This document shows, piece by piece, positions 20,164 through 30,800 of a stretch of 33,374 nt of DNA. The stretch is taken from NCBI GenBank assembly GCA_030167865.1, contig JALAGF010001929.1, forward strand, positions 1-33,374, read 5' to 3'. A program made the translations under genes and the position numbers. Position 1 is the stretch's first letter, and the number at the start of each line of letters is the position of its first letter. Source of the stretch: Craspedostauros australis. Taxonomy: Eukaryota. The notes under the pieces are model-generated. The model was not told the DNA's origin, did not search any database, and saw only the letters and a list, made by a program, of their open reading frames with translations.

Positions 20164-23100
20164 TCATCGCCGCGGTCGGTGCGAACGTTTCGATTTGGGC
20201 TCCGTCACCTCGGACTCTTCGTAGTAATGCGGCGCGATCTCCGTCAGCCACTCCGGTTTGATCGGCGCCACCTGTCGCATGTACTCCTTGGTCGTGAAGG
20301 CAAGCTCGAAGTACACCAGCCACGCCGGAGGCTTTTCCTCCTTCGACATCACGCTGCTGGGATGGATGTACACCGTCTTGTGTTGCTTCACGGTCTGGTA
20401 CTCACCCGTCCGGCTCAATCGAACCACGTTGTAGAAGAAGCCAGACGTGATGGACTTCAGTATGGCATCCATATCATCCGGTTTGGACGCCTCCTTGTCA
20501 ATCTCGACGCGCTCGCACAATCCCTCCAGCTGCTCGCGAATATCGCGTGCCCGTTTCATGGACTTGACTTGGACGAAGTTCTCGAAGCACCAGCCGTTGC
20601 TGAAATCGGTCGCAGCCCAGTCCCGGTAGCATCGCAGCAAGGCGATGTGATCTCCGCCACCCCCACGAGCGAAGTTCTTGCGTGCCGTGTCGGCTTGCAA
20701 CGCCTTCTCCTTGGGTCGGTAGAACACCGACGCGCCTATGGAGAGCATGGCGACGCTGGACAGGACCTCCCATGTGCAGCCGTACTTTTCGGAGCAAATC
20801 ACGGCCTTGCTGAGCATGGGGTCCAACGGGAATTCGGCCATGCGCCGTCCCAGCTTCGTCAGTTCCCCCTTGTCATTCAACGCACCCAGGGCATAGAGCT
20901 GTTCCAACGCCCGAATGAGATTGTCGGCTGGTGGACGGTCCATGAAATCAAAGTTCAGCAAATCATTGATGCCCAGACTCTTCAGCATCAGCACGACGTT
21001 GCCAAGGTTGGTTCGCAGGATCTCGGGAACGGTGTTGGGCTCCATTTCGTTTTGGAATGACCACGCGGTGAAGAGACGGAAGCATTTGCCTGGGCGGGTA
21101 CGGCCGGCGCGTCCCGCTCTTTGGTTGGAGGCCGCCTGCGAGATGGGCGTCACGATGAGCGACTCCATCCCCGTCTTGGCGTTGTAAGAATTGAGTTTGG
21201 CAAATCCGGCATCGATGACATAGCAGATACCATTGATGGTCAACGATGCTGCAAGAATGGATCGAGTACAGAACAGTAGAGTTGAGTGTGATGGATCCAG
21301 TAGCACAACATGGTATGGGAAGACAAGATACGGAACAGTTGGCACGCAACACCAACAAATTGAATCAAGCAGACCGAGATGGAATAATGAATGAAATGAG
21401 AACGTACAGTGTGTGAGATGAAGTGTCGTACATGCCAGTAGAGAATAGCGGAGAACGAATACACACATGAAAGGATGGCGAGAGAGTTGTCATCACGAAT
21501 TCAACAGCGCATCATATTGCCACACATCACAATCAAGGTGCACAATTCGGCAAACAGAAGGATCGTCAGCTTCCACTTACTTTCAGCAATGTTGGTGGCA
21601 AGGACGACCTTGCGAGCGTTCTTGGGCGTCTTTTCGAAGATCTTTGCTTGCTGTTCTGCGGGCAGGTTGGCGAAGACCGGGCAAATGATGAGCTCTGGAA
21701 TGCGGCTGCCGAGATTCTGACAGCGTGCCGTCAACACTTCGGCCGCCGTCTCGATTTCTTCCTGACCCGTGAGGAAGACCAAGACGTCACCATCCAACGG
21801 TTGCGAAACATGAATTTGAAGAACGGTGACCACTGCCGCATCGACGTAGTCGGCCTCTGGAGACTTGGTGTAGTAAATATCGACGTTGAACATGCGACCG
21901 GGGATCATGAAGATACCGGCGCCGTCAAAGTAGTTGGAGAACTTCTCGGCATCCATCGTGGCACTACTGATGATGAGCCTCAAATCGCTGCGGTAGCGTA
22001 CGATATCCTTGACGAGCCCAAAGAGAATGTCACTGTGCAAGGTACGTTCGTGAGCCTCGTCGATGACCATGCAGGAATAGCTGGCCAGATCGGGCTCGGT
22101 TAGGATCTCACGCAGCAGCATACCATCAGTCATGTACTGGATCTTGGTCGATTTGCTGGTGCAATTCTCGAAACGGATCGAGTACCCAACCTCGTGACCG
22201 AGCTTGACGTTCATCTCTTCCGCCACACGCGTGGCGACGCTCATGGCGGCCACACGACGGGGCTGAGTGCACCCGATCTTTCCCAATTCGGAATACCCGA
22301 TCTCGTGCAGGTACTGTGGAGTCTGAGTCGTCTTGCCCGAACCGGTCTCACCGACCAACACAAGCACCTGATGGTCCCGCACGGCAGCTAAGAATTCCTC
22401 CCTGTACTTGAAGACAGGCAGCTTCTTTCTGCCGGCGAGGATCTTCTGATGCGGCGTCAACTCTTGCTGATCCTCCTCCTGCTTGATCTGGCTGACGACC
22501 TTGTCCGGGTGCTCCCCTTCCTCTCCCTTGATTTTGGCCTTGTCTGACGATGAACGACTCCCGTCACGCTTGGAGCGGCTGCTGCTGCGCTTCTTGCCAT
22601 CCTTCTTGTGCTCTCGTTGGTCGTACCCCTTGGCAGTCTCATGCATGACAAAATCCACCTGATCAAAGACTAGCTCGTACTCCTTCTCTGGCTTCTTGCC
22701 CTTCTTCTTGGAGCGGCCAATCTTGCTGGTCTGGGCAGATTCCCACAGCTCCTGCTCCGTTTTTTCGCGTTTGGGTTCGACGTAACGCGACGACAGCAGC
22801 GCCTTGTCCTGACTCTTCTTGGTGTCCATCTGATCGTACGCATCGGGCAGGTGGTAGTAGTCCGGCGCCTGCTCCGCCTCCGCCGCCTGACGCCTCCTCA
22901 TGTCCAAGATCTTGCTGCCGATCTCCGCGCGCTGCCGCTCGGACTTGGTGAGCTTGGTATCGGAGAACATGTCCTTCTCATCCTCCAGCTCCTGCTTCAG
23001 CAGCTCCAGCCTCTGCTCCTCGCGCTTCTTGAGGTACTCGCGACGACTGAGCTTGCGCAGACGCTCCAGCGTGACGGTTTGACCATCCTTCTCCTCGATC

Positions 23101-23252
23101 GCCTCGCCGCGCAGCAGCCGGTCCTCCTTGTCCATGCGCTTCTTGAACCGCTCCTCCTCCTTCACCACGGATTGCTTGCGCTTCCGATCATCGCGCTCCA
23201 GCATGCGCTTCACGAACGCATCGCGTTCCTTGATGTCATCTTCGTCGGACAT
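20164..23252 (-). CDS. DHX16: Pre-mRNA splicing DEAH-box RNA helicase DHX16/Prp2 (~918 aa, 2 exons)
   Basis: Exons 23252..21581 and 21248..20164. The phase-1 intron 21580..21249 (GTAAGT...TGCAG) restores ATNIAETSLT. Motifs: [33 protein letters not shown], then HA2/OB region. The N-terminal [17 protein letters not shown] and EPDLASYS are DHX16-like rather than Prp16/22/43-like. Confidence 0.92.
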
Positions 23253-23304
23253 GGTGGTGCAAGATTGTATGGGACGAGTTTGTAGGTATGTCCTCGCAGT
23301 TTTC

Positions 23305-23329
23305 TATGGTATGGTATGGTATGGTATGG
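23305..23329 (+). repeat. (TATGG)5 pentanucleotide microsatellite just upstream of the DHX16 start
   Basis: Read directly from the sequence. Confidence 0.85.
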
Positions 23330-23901
23330 CTGGGCGGATGGATGGATGGAGAGGCGGATGGGCGTTTGGCTCCAAGGCGTTTGTGTTGACGTGCGCAATC
23401 GCGAAGTTGTGCTCACTTTTTCTTTCTCACCCCGTTTTGTTGGTTGTGGTTTGATGTCATAAGTACTATCATAGACCTTTTTAAATCACGTAACATCCAG
23501 TCATGATCTGACAATTCAAATTCAAAACGAGAACCACCAAACACACAAAACAAGCCGACAAAAACAATCACAAATGCAACAGAAGAAACCAAGCCGACTA
23601 TCAGAGGTTGTGTTGTTGGTGGAAGAGGTTGGCGACGTGCTCACTATCAGTGTATCTGTGGGCGGGCACTCCATAGTCTTCGTACCATCCATTACAACAA
23701 GCACGACCAGACAACTGAAAGGCGAGACCGATGATGTGAAGCGACCCCATCGTATCATCCCATTTCAGTTCATTTTGTGCTGGAGCCAGACAGGAGGAGG
23801 AGAGTCCATTCGGGTGGCACAAAAGCAGACTGACCAGAGCAACAGGATTGGTGCAGAGCACTGCGACGTGGATTCATCATCGGGTGCGAACGAGAGCAAT
23901 C

Positions 23902-25827
23902 ATGGAGTTCCTTCCTGCAGACAATGGCCAATCGCAGTCGCAGGCACGGCCGCAACGTCCACCCCATTCCCAACAGCACCATGACCGACAACAGTATCAC
24001 CATCCGCAGCACCATCCACAGCATCATCTATATCCGCATCGTCCGCAGCACCATCATCCGCAGCAACGAACACCACAGCCGACATCATCTCAGTACCACG
24101 ACTACACCGTCGCCAAATGCCTGCAGGATGTCACCGCTCTGCAAAGCGTGCTGGACCACAACGAATGCATTCAGCTGCTGCATCGACTCCAACTCGTGCT
24201 GGGGTATGATCAAGCGGAACGACGATGCAAGGTCAAACCTGAGGTGATAAAGTCCATGCTGGATGCAGGGTTGATCAATGCCATGGTCTTTCAGATGAAA
24301 TCATCCATGGTGGGCATCTTGCGCACCGAAGCGCATTCCTCCAAGCCGGTCACGGATGCTATGAACAGGATATGCTCCATCCTGGAATCCGTCTTTGTTT
24401 GCTTCCCGCTGCTTCTGGCTGAGCGGAGTGGCAGTGGTGAGAACAGCACCCGCAACGTCGAGAATCGAAACGACGACGATGGTGATCATAATGATGATGG
24501 CGACGACAGCAGCAACGGCAGAGAAACGTTCGAGATTTTTAATCTGCTGGTACAATACTTGCTGCAGCGTCGAGAAGGTGGCAACGTGTTATCCCCGCTG
24601 GTCATTTTCCATTCACACACGGTGGAAAGCGACGGAGTCATGGCACTCGTGCGGACTCGGGGTTTATTGCGAAGCCTGGCACAGATAGCGCAACAACTAA
24701 GCACCTCGGTTGAGATCCAGTTTGAGCTGCTGGGCGTGCTCAAGAACATCACGTACTATTCTGAAGAGTACAGAGACGCCATGGCGCAGCGCATGGATCT
24801 ATTGCACGCGCTGTGCCAAATGTGCATGGTTTCACAAAACACCAAGGTGAAGGAAAAGCTATCCGCAATCTTTCGCAACATGGCGATATCCGCCAATGCC
24901 AGGACGCATCTTGCGGATCAGGGCGACTTGGCGATGGCCTTGATGAAGATGATGAAAATGGACGGGAGCAAGTACATGCTTCGAAATGCCATCAACACGG
25001 TGGTCACCTTGTCCATCGATTACGCGGCAAGCATCTCTCTGATATTTCACGGCGATGGGGCGCTATTGGTAGTACTGAAACAGCTCGTTGTCGATTGCAC
25101 AGACACCACGGCGCGCAAACGAGCCATCCGCGCATTGCGGCAAATGACGAACGATGCTTCGGCGCCATTTCTCGTTCACGATACAAGCCTGATCAATGCT
25201 CTATCTAATCAGGCACAATACGACGCATCGGTGGACATTCGTCACGAGGCTATGGAGGCATTCGCGCACATCGCTTGTCTCGTGCGATATCCCATGGTGG
25301 AGCACAGCATGGTTCTGAACAGACTCGCGAGCCTCGCGGACCATCGTTGCATCAGCGCCGATGTGCTAGCACGCGTGCTCAAGCACCAATCTTTGCACAT
25401 GGAGAACATGATGCCAATCGGCAAGCACCGAACGCTCATCTCCACCAGCACGGCCGTCGTGACGACTGCGGAATCGACGAGGTCCGCCAAGCAAGATTTT
25501 TGCGAAGCACTGATCAATCTGCTGTCCGACGATGGCAACAAGGAGGTTCTGGCCACGAAGCATATCCTGGATGCGTTGGCCGGGTTCTTGTCGACAAACA
25601 ACGATGCCATGACGCCACACCACCACCTGGATCCCATGGCCACCGTTCGGCATCGAGCCTTCCAGGCTTTGCAATTGCTATCCCAGGTGGAAAGCAACCG
25701 AAAGGGCATGTCCGGCCATGCAACGCTTCTGAAATCTTTGCTGGCATTCGCCAGCCACAATGCAGATGACAATGAAACCAAACGGCAAGTGAAGCAGATG
25801 ATTCTCCTGCTGGCGGTAACCTTATAG
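23902..25827 (+). CDS. Armadillo/HEAT-like alpha-solenoid protein (~641 aa) with His/Gln/Pro-rich N-terminus
   Basis: Long ORF with first ATG at 23902. Recurrent ARM helix-3-like motifs at roughly 40-45 aa spacing: LGVLKNIT, SAIFRNMA, INTVVTLS, IRALRQMT, CEALINLL, FQALQLLS. Confidence 0.72.
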   Translation: MEFLPADNGQSQSQARPQRPPHSQQHHDRQQYHHPQHHPQHHLYPHRPQHHHPQQRTPQPTSSQYHDYTVAKCLQDVTALQSVLDHNECIQLLHRLQLVLGYDQAERRCKVKPEVIKSMLDAGLINAMVFQMKSSMVGILRTEAHSSKPVTDAMNRICSILESVFVCFPLLLAERSGSGENSTRNVENRNDDDGDHNDDGDDSSNGRETFEIFNLLVQYLLQRREGGNVLSPLVIFHSHTVESDGVMALVRTRGLLRSLAQIAQQLSTSVEIQFELLGVLKNITYYSEEYRDAMAQRMDLLHALCQMCMVSQNTKVKEKLSAIFRNMAISANARTHLADQGDLAMALMKMMKMDGSKYMLRNAINTVVTLSIDYAASISLIFHGDGALLVVLKQLVVDCTDTTARKRAIRALRQMTNDASAPFLVHDTSLINALSNQAQYDASVDIRHEAMEAFAHIACLVRYPMVEHSMVLNRLASLADHRCISADVLARVLKHQSLHMENMMPIGKHRTLISTSTAVVTTAESTRSAKQDFCEALINLLSDDGNKEVLATKHILDALAGFLSTNNDAMTPHHHLDPMATVRHRAFQALQLLSQVESNRKGMSGHATLLKSLLAFASHNADDNETKRQVKQMILLLAVTL

Positions 25828-25833
25828 AATGGT

Positions 25834-25867
25834 ACGTAACTTGACGTAACGTAACTTGACGTAACGT
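25834..25867 (+). repeat. 15-bp tandem repeat (ACGTAACTTGACGTA x2.3) between two convergent stop codons
   Basis: Units at 25834-25848 and 25849-25863, plus a partial ACGT. Each unit contains TGACGT. Confidence 0.85.
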
Positions 25868-25894
25868 GAAGTATAGTAGAGCAGAGTAGCTGGA

Positions 25895-26688
25895 TTATTC
25901 GCATTCCGGAAAGAATGCGTTGCGGAACACCTTGCGCTTGAAGCACGTCGCGAGGCATGTTTCTAGCGAATGTCATGCGGATAGTTTGATACCAAGAGAG
26001 CGCAGGGAGTGTGTGGAGCATGGAAGATCAATGAAAATGGGGAGATGGTGAGATGAGATGAGCTGGACAGGCCAGGCATCACACAGGAATTGCATAGCAT
26101 GACTTACCGTGATTGTTTTCCATGTCGTAGTCCATGCTGATGGCGTCGTCCTTGTCGACGTCGCACTTGGCCATGATCTTGTCCACAGAACCCAGGATTT
26201 TCAAGATTCCTGCGCGGGAGGAATGCACATGGAGCGTGTTGTGGGATGGTACGGTATGTGCCCATCGTAGCCAGGCATTATATTAAACAGCCAGGCATTA
26301 CATTAAACACGGCGGGAGATGAAGAGCAGAAATTGTGAGACAGTGATGCATATGCATGTTCAACGAAGGCAGGCAGACACAACATGCAATGAGCAATCCT
26401 CAATGTGTAGTTGTATGTACTTGATGTATGGTGCGTACCTCGCGAATACCACGGCAGCTGATCGATGGCTGTCTCCAACTCCACCCGATCAAGCTTTCCA
26501 TTCTTGTTGGTATCGAGGTACTCCTTGGAGCAAGAGATGATGAACTCCCGCGATGGACAGTTGGGATCCACAGTCTCGGCGTCAGGGTTCTGGCAGACCC
26601 CGCTTTCCGATGAACAGTCTTCCTCCTTTGCACGCGCGATGCAAACGAAGACGACAAGGAAGATGGCCAGAGATGGAATGATTCGCAT
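25895..26688 (-). CDS. Small secreted Cys-rich EF-hand protein (139 aa, 3 exons)
   Basis: Exons 26688..26439, 26209..26108 and 25962..25895 total 420 nt. Introns 26438..26210 (GTACGC...GCAG) and 26107..25963 (GTAAGT...CTAG) are both phase 1. Signal peptide MRIIPSLAIFLVVFVCIARA; EF loop DTNKNGKLDRVE; second EF-like loop DVDKDDAISMDYD; ends ETCLATCFKRKVFRNAFFPECE*. Confidence 0.82.
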
Positions 26689-27812
26689 CGTATCGGTACT
26701 ATGCGACGGTATGTACGGTATTCACGGCGCTACAATTGCAGGTGCGGGCTCTGAGTGTGGCGATGAACAGAGTAGGGCGATGTCAATGTGCCTTGTTGGA
26801 TCCTCTCTTGATGTGTGGCGGATGGAGAGGGGAATGTGCAGCGTCAGTGTCGTCAAGGAGTGCTTTGATGAGACCAATCAACGAAACCAACACGAGACAG
26901 AAAGGGAATGTCACCAACACTTTTGTCATCATCCAGCGAACGACGCTAGCACACACTAATCTTATGATCATTATTCTCTCAGTCCGGATCAAGCCATTTC
27001 GGTCTATCATCACACAATCGTGCGACGCTTGCAAAGGAAATAGAGTAGATGACTGCAGTTTGCGTCCATTTCCACCTCTCTGCGGAGCTGTTTCCAACGC
27101 TTCTGAGCCAGTTGTATCTACTAGTATGGGTCCTTCGACACTTTTCCCGTCAAGTCAAAGATCTTCTCTGCTCTGATCTTGTGCTTTGCCTTGGTCTATT
27201 CTCCAGATGAATCTACTAACTGGGCCTCTCTGCGTCTGTGCGTCTCTCACAATGTGATTTTCGGACCTGACATGTTTCCAAAATGTGGACACCAAGAATT
27301 AGAATTGAGCTACTTTGTCATCACATTGAAGCACATTCGGACAAAAACGCTTTTCACTGGTACTTAAACTCGGATACATCTTGGCCTATTTGCTAAGTAA
27401 TCGCGCGACGGAACGCGCAGGTCTTGACATACATCCGTCGATAAGAACAAAGAGCTCACTCACAAAAGAAAAGAGGGGCTAATTGCGCTGTCGTGTTGTT
27501 TGCTTTCTGGTTTTGTCGCGATGTCCCTGTGCATCATCAGTCGCGCGATTGAGATGCAGAAATGGTGAAAAAGCCTCTCTCTGTGTTGTTTTGGCGGTGG
27601 GGGATGGTCTTCGCTCGTTTGCAGTCACCAACTTCTCGTTCATCTTGTCGCTCCTGGTCGTACTTGGTCGAAGGGGTTGGATTCCCCCAGAGGGAGGCGG
27701 CGAGGGGGAGGGAGCCGCTGCTGCTTGTCGATCATTTCAGAGAGGCAACCTGGAGAGCACATAAACACAGACCAACGAACCCGATCACAACCAGCACCCG
27801 CGCCGACAACCA

Positions 27813-27860
27813 ATGGACCAACCAATGGACCAAGCAATGGATCACACCATGGACCACACG
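27813..27860 (+). repeat. Four degenerate 12-bp units, each beginning with ATG (MDQP-MDQA-MDHT-MDHT)
   Basis: ATGGACCAACCA ATGGACCAAGCA ATGGATCACACC ATGGACCACACG. Confidence 0.8.
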
Positions 27861-30800
27861 ATAAATCAAGAAACGGATCGGCCACAGAGGTCCAGCAAGA
27901 CTCCGCAAGCCAGCGCTTTCGACGTCCTAACTTCCGGGCACGAGTTCTATGACCATGGTTACACAGAAGAAGAACAAAACGCCGCAGATCTGCCGTCCAC
28001 CTTCGAACCCGTTTCCGCCAACCTCCACAACAGCCTCAGCAGACTCCAAAGCAATGGCGAGAACAACGAAAGCGTCAACGACAGTGATGGTGATGGTGTT
28101 AGCCCTATTCAAAAAAGCCTCAGTGCCAGCACTACAGCGCAGCATTCGTTTCCATCCTTTCTTCCGTCATCGTCATCGTCATCGTCATCGTTGTTGGCAC
28201 CATCTTCTCCGTCTCCATCTGTCATGTCGGCCGCTGCGAACCGCGTCACCGCCACCATGCTGGGGATGAGAGCAACCTCGGGGACGACCAACCACTCATT
28301 CTTCGGGAGGACCAAAGAACTCATCAAGCTCAAATCCATTCACAGTATTGTCATGCAGAAGAGAAGTCTGCAAACATACACGAATAACACAAGTGGTGAC
28401 GACCAACAAGAATCGCCACCCATTTATCCAGCCGTTCTGGTGTGGGGGAAGAGCGGAACAGGCAAGTCCTGCCTGATCGAGCAATTCATCGACGAAGCCT
28501 GCTGCACCTGCAACACAAACGTCATCAATTCATCAGCTCCACCACCACCATCGGCAAGGATAGACAATGGTAATATCCATACGAGGAGCAACGGTGCTGG
28601 AAGACGCAGCAGCAACAGCAGTACCAACACCAGCAACAGCAACAGCACCAACACCTGCGACGGGAAAACAAGCCCTCGACATTGTTCCTGTTGCTATGTG
28701 TTGCGTGGAAAGTACGATGAAAGCACAGGTGGAAGCGAGCCATTCTCTGCCATCATCCAGGCTCTCAATGATCTCGTGATGCAACTTCAGCATGGACCAC
28801 CCGAGGAGCTTGATCGGATGCGGTCGTTGATTCGAAATGCGTTCGACAGCGAGGGTTCCAACGGGAACACAAAACAAAGGAACATGAGCTTCACTCATGC
28901 CGATAGCACCGGAACTGCCGAAGCTACCGCCGCCGCCGTCAACGACAACAGCGACGGCAATGGCGAGACAGAGAGATCAACTACGAGTTCCCAACTCGGA
29001 CTTTCCCAGTTGATCCCTTTGGTCCCATCCCTCTCCATTCTCTTGAGCGATGACACCAACATGTCAAACCCACCCATCGCCCCAAACCTGGAATCGCCGA
29101 CGGCATCAGATGATGAAGCACCCGTGGCATGTACCCGCATGTCGGTATCGTCGTCCGAATTATCAAGTGCACAGCGACCCAATGCATACGACGAATCATC
29201 GCCTGCCCAAGGTTCTCAGAATTCATGGAACCGACTCCGGTACATCTTCATCCAATTCATGAAGACCATCTCGACACCGACCAAGCCAGTGTATCTGTTC
29301 CTCGATGATTTGCAGTGGTCGTCCTCTGCTGGGTTGGAACTCGTTGCCATGCTGATCTCTGATCCCGAGATGGACAACTTCATGCTGCTTGGCGCCATCC
29401 GACAAGACACGGATCCTCAAAACGATGAGATCGTCGATTTGAAGATAGACGCACCTCTGAGAACTTCGTTCCTCGATCGATTGATCCCGCCTGCTGGAGA
29501 TAGAGGTGATGGAAATGGAGGCAACGGTGGTGATGACGATAGTAATGATGGCGGCAGCGGCAGCGGCGGCAGTCAAATATCGAACGGAATGGATCACCTG
29601 GAAGACGAAACAAAGCAAGATCACCATCTGCATCTCGAGCAAATCACCATCACAAACCTCTCCCTCGACGACACAACACAATGGCTGTCCGAGATGTTGG
29701 ACCGACCATGTGATGACCCTGATCTGATGGTTCTCACAAGGAAGCTGCACAAAAAGACGGGCGGCAACGTCTTCTTCACAATCAAAGCCATCGAAGAACT
29801 GAAGCGCAAGAATATCATCGTGTTCAGCCGCATCACATTCATGTGGGAATGGAACCTGCGAAGTAAGAGCAAGAATCGCATCTCGAGCGCCCCACTTGGC
29901 TTCGGGAAGCATCACGGCTTCCGTGGCGACAGCAATGATAATGACAACCACAACGACGACAACGACAGCGACTCCGATGATGATCTTCCCATCAGCGACA
30001 ACATCGTCACTGCCATCGAGAATCAGCTCCGACAGCTATCTCAAGACCTGCAACATGTGCTCTCCATCGCTTCATACATCAGAGCTCGATTTGACCTCTT
30101 CGTTCTACAAAGAGTCATGGAACAGGAGCAGGCGTATGCCAATTGCACGAATGCGGACACCACCCTTGAAGATAGTCAGGCAAATCAAGCCAATGCAAAT
30201 GACAGCGACCAGCAACCCGCACCTAAATCTACATTCGCATCCGCATCAGCACCCGCATCCGCATGGACAAAAGCCAGATTGATCTCAATCCTACAACAGG
30301 CCATCGCCGAGAGGCTTGTCATCCACTCCACTACCTCCAGGAACACATACCAATTTGCTCATGATCGCATCCAGCAAGCGGCATACGGGCTCGTTCCGTA
30401 CGGTGAGGTCAGGGACAAGCTGAGAGTGAGGATAGGCCGCTGCCTCCTTGACATATACGCGGAAACACACCCGATCGACTGTATGAGTACTTGGGGCGAA
30501 GGCAATCGTATCGATCCCAACGATCATGGCAAGCAACGCATTCACACCGAGCGCACTGAGCAGGATGGCGGGACAACCGTCGTCGAATCATTGCAGAGGG
30601 AAGGGCCACAAGAACATCCCCCGCACCAGCGCGCGCATGCATTTCAACAGGATGATACGCTCCTCTTCGTTGCGGCAGATCATCTCAACAGCGTCCAAAC
30701 CAAAGACCACATGTTCTCTGCCACCATGAATCTACACGTCGGTGAAACAGCCCTGGGCATGGCTGCTCTTGCATCTGCTGCCGGATACTTGCGCAAGGCA

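Noticed and set aside
20179..21060. 293-aa plus-strand ORF
   Set aside because: Antisense to the highly conserved DHX16 exon 2; a codon-bias artefact.
25242..26021. 259-aa minus-strand ORF
   Set aside because: Mostly antisense to the ARM gene; the real minus-strand coding here is the short EF-hand exon 3 in a different frame.
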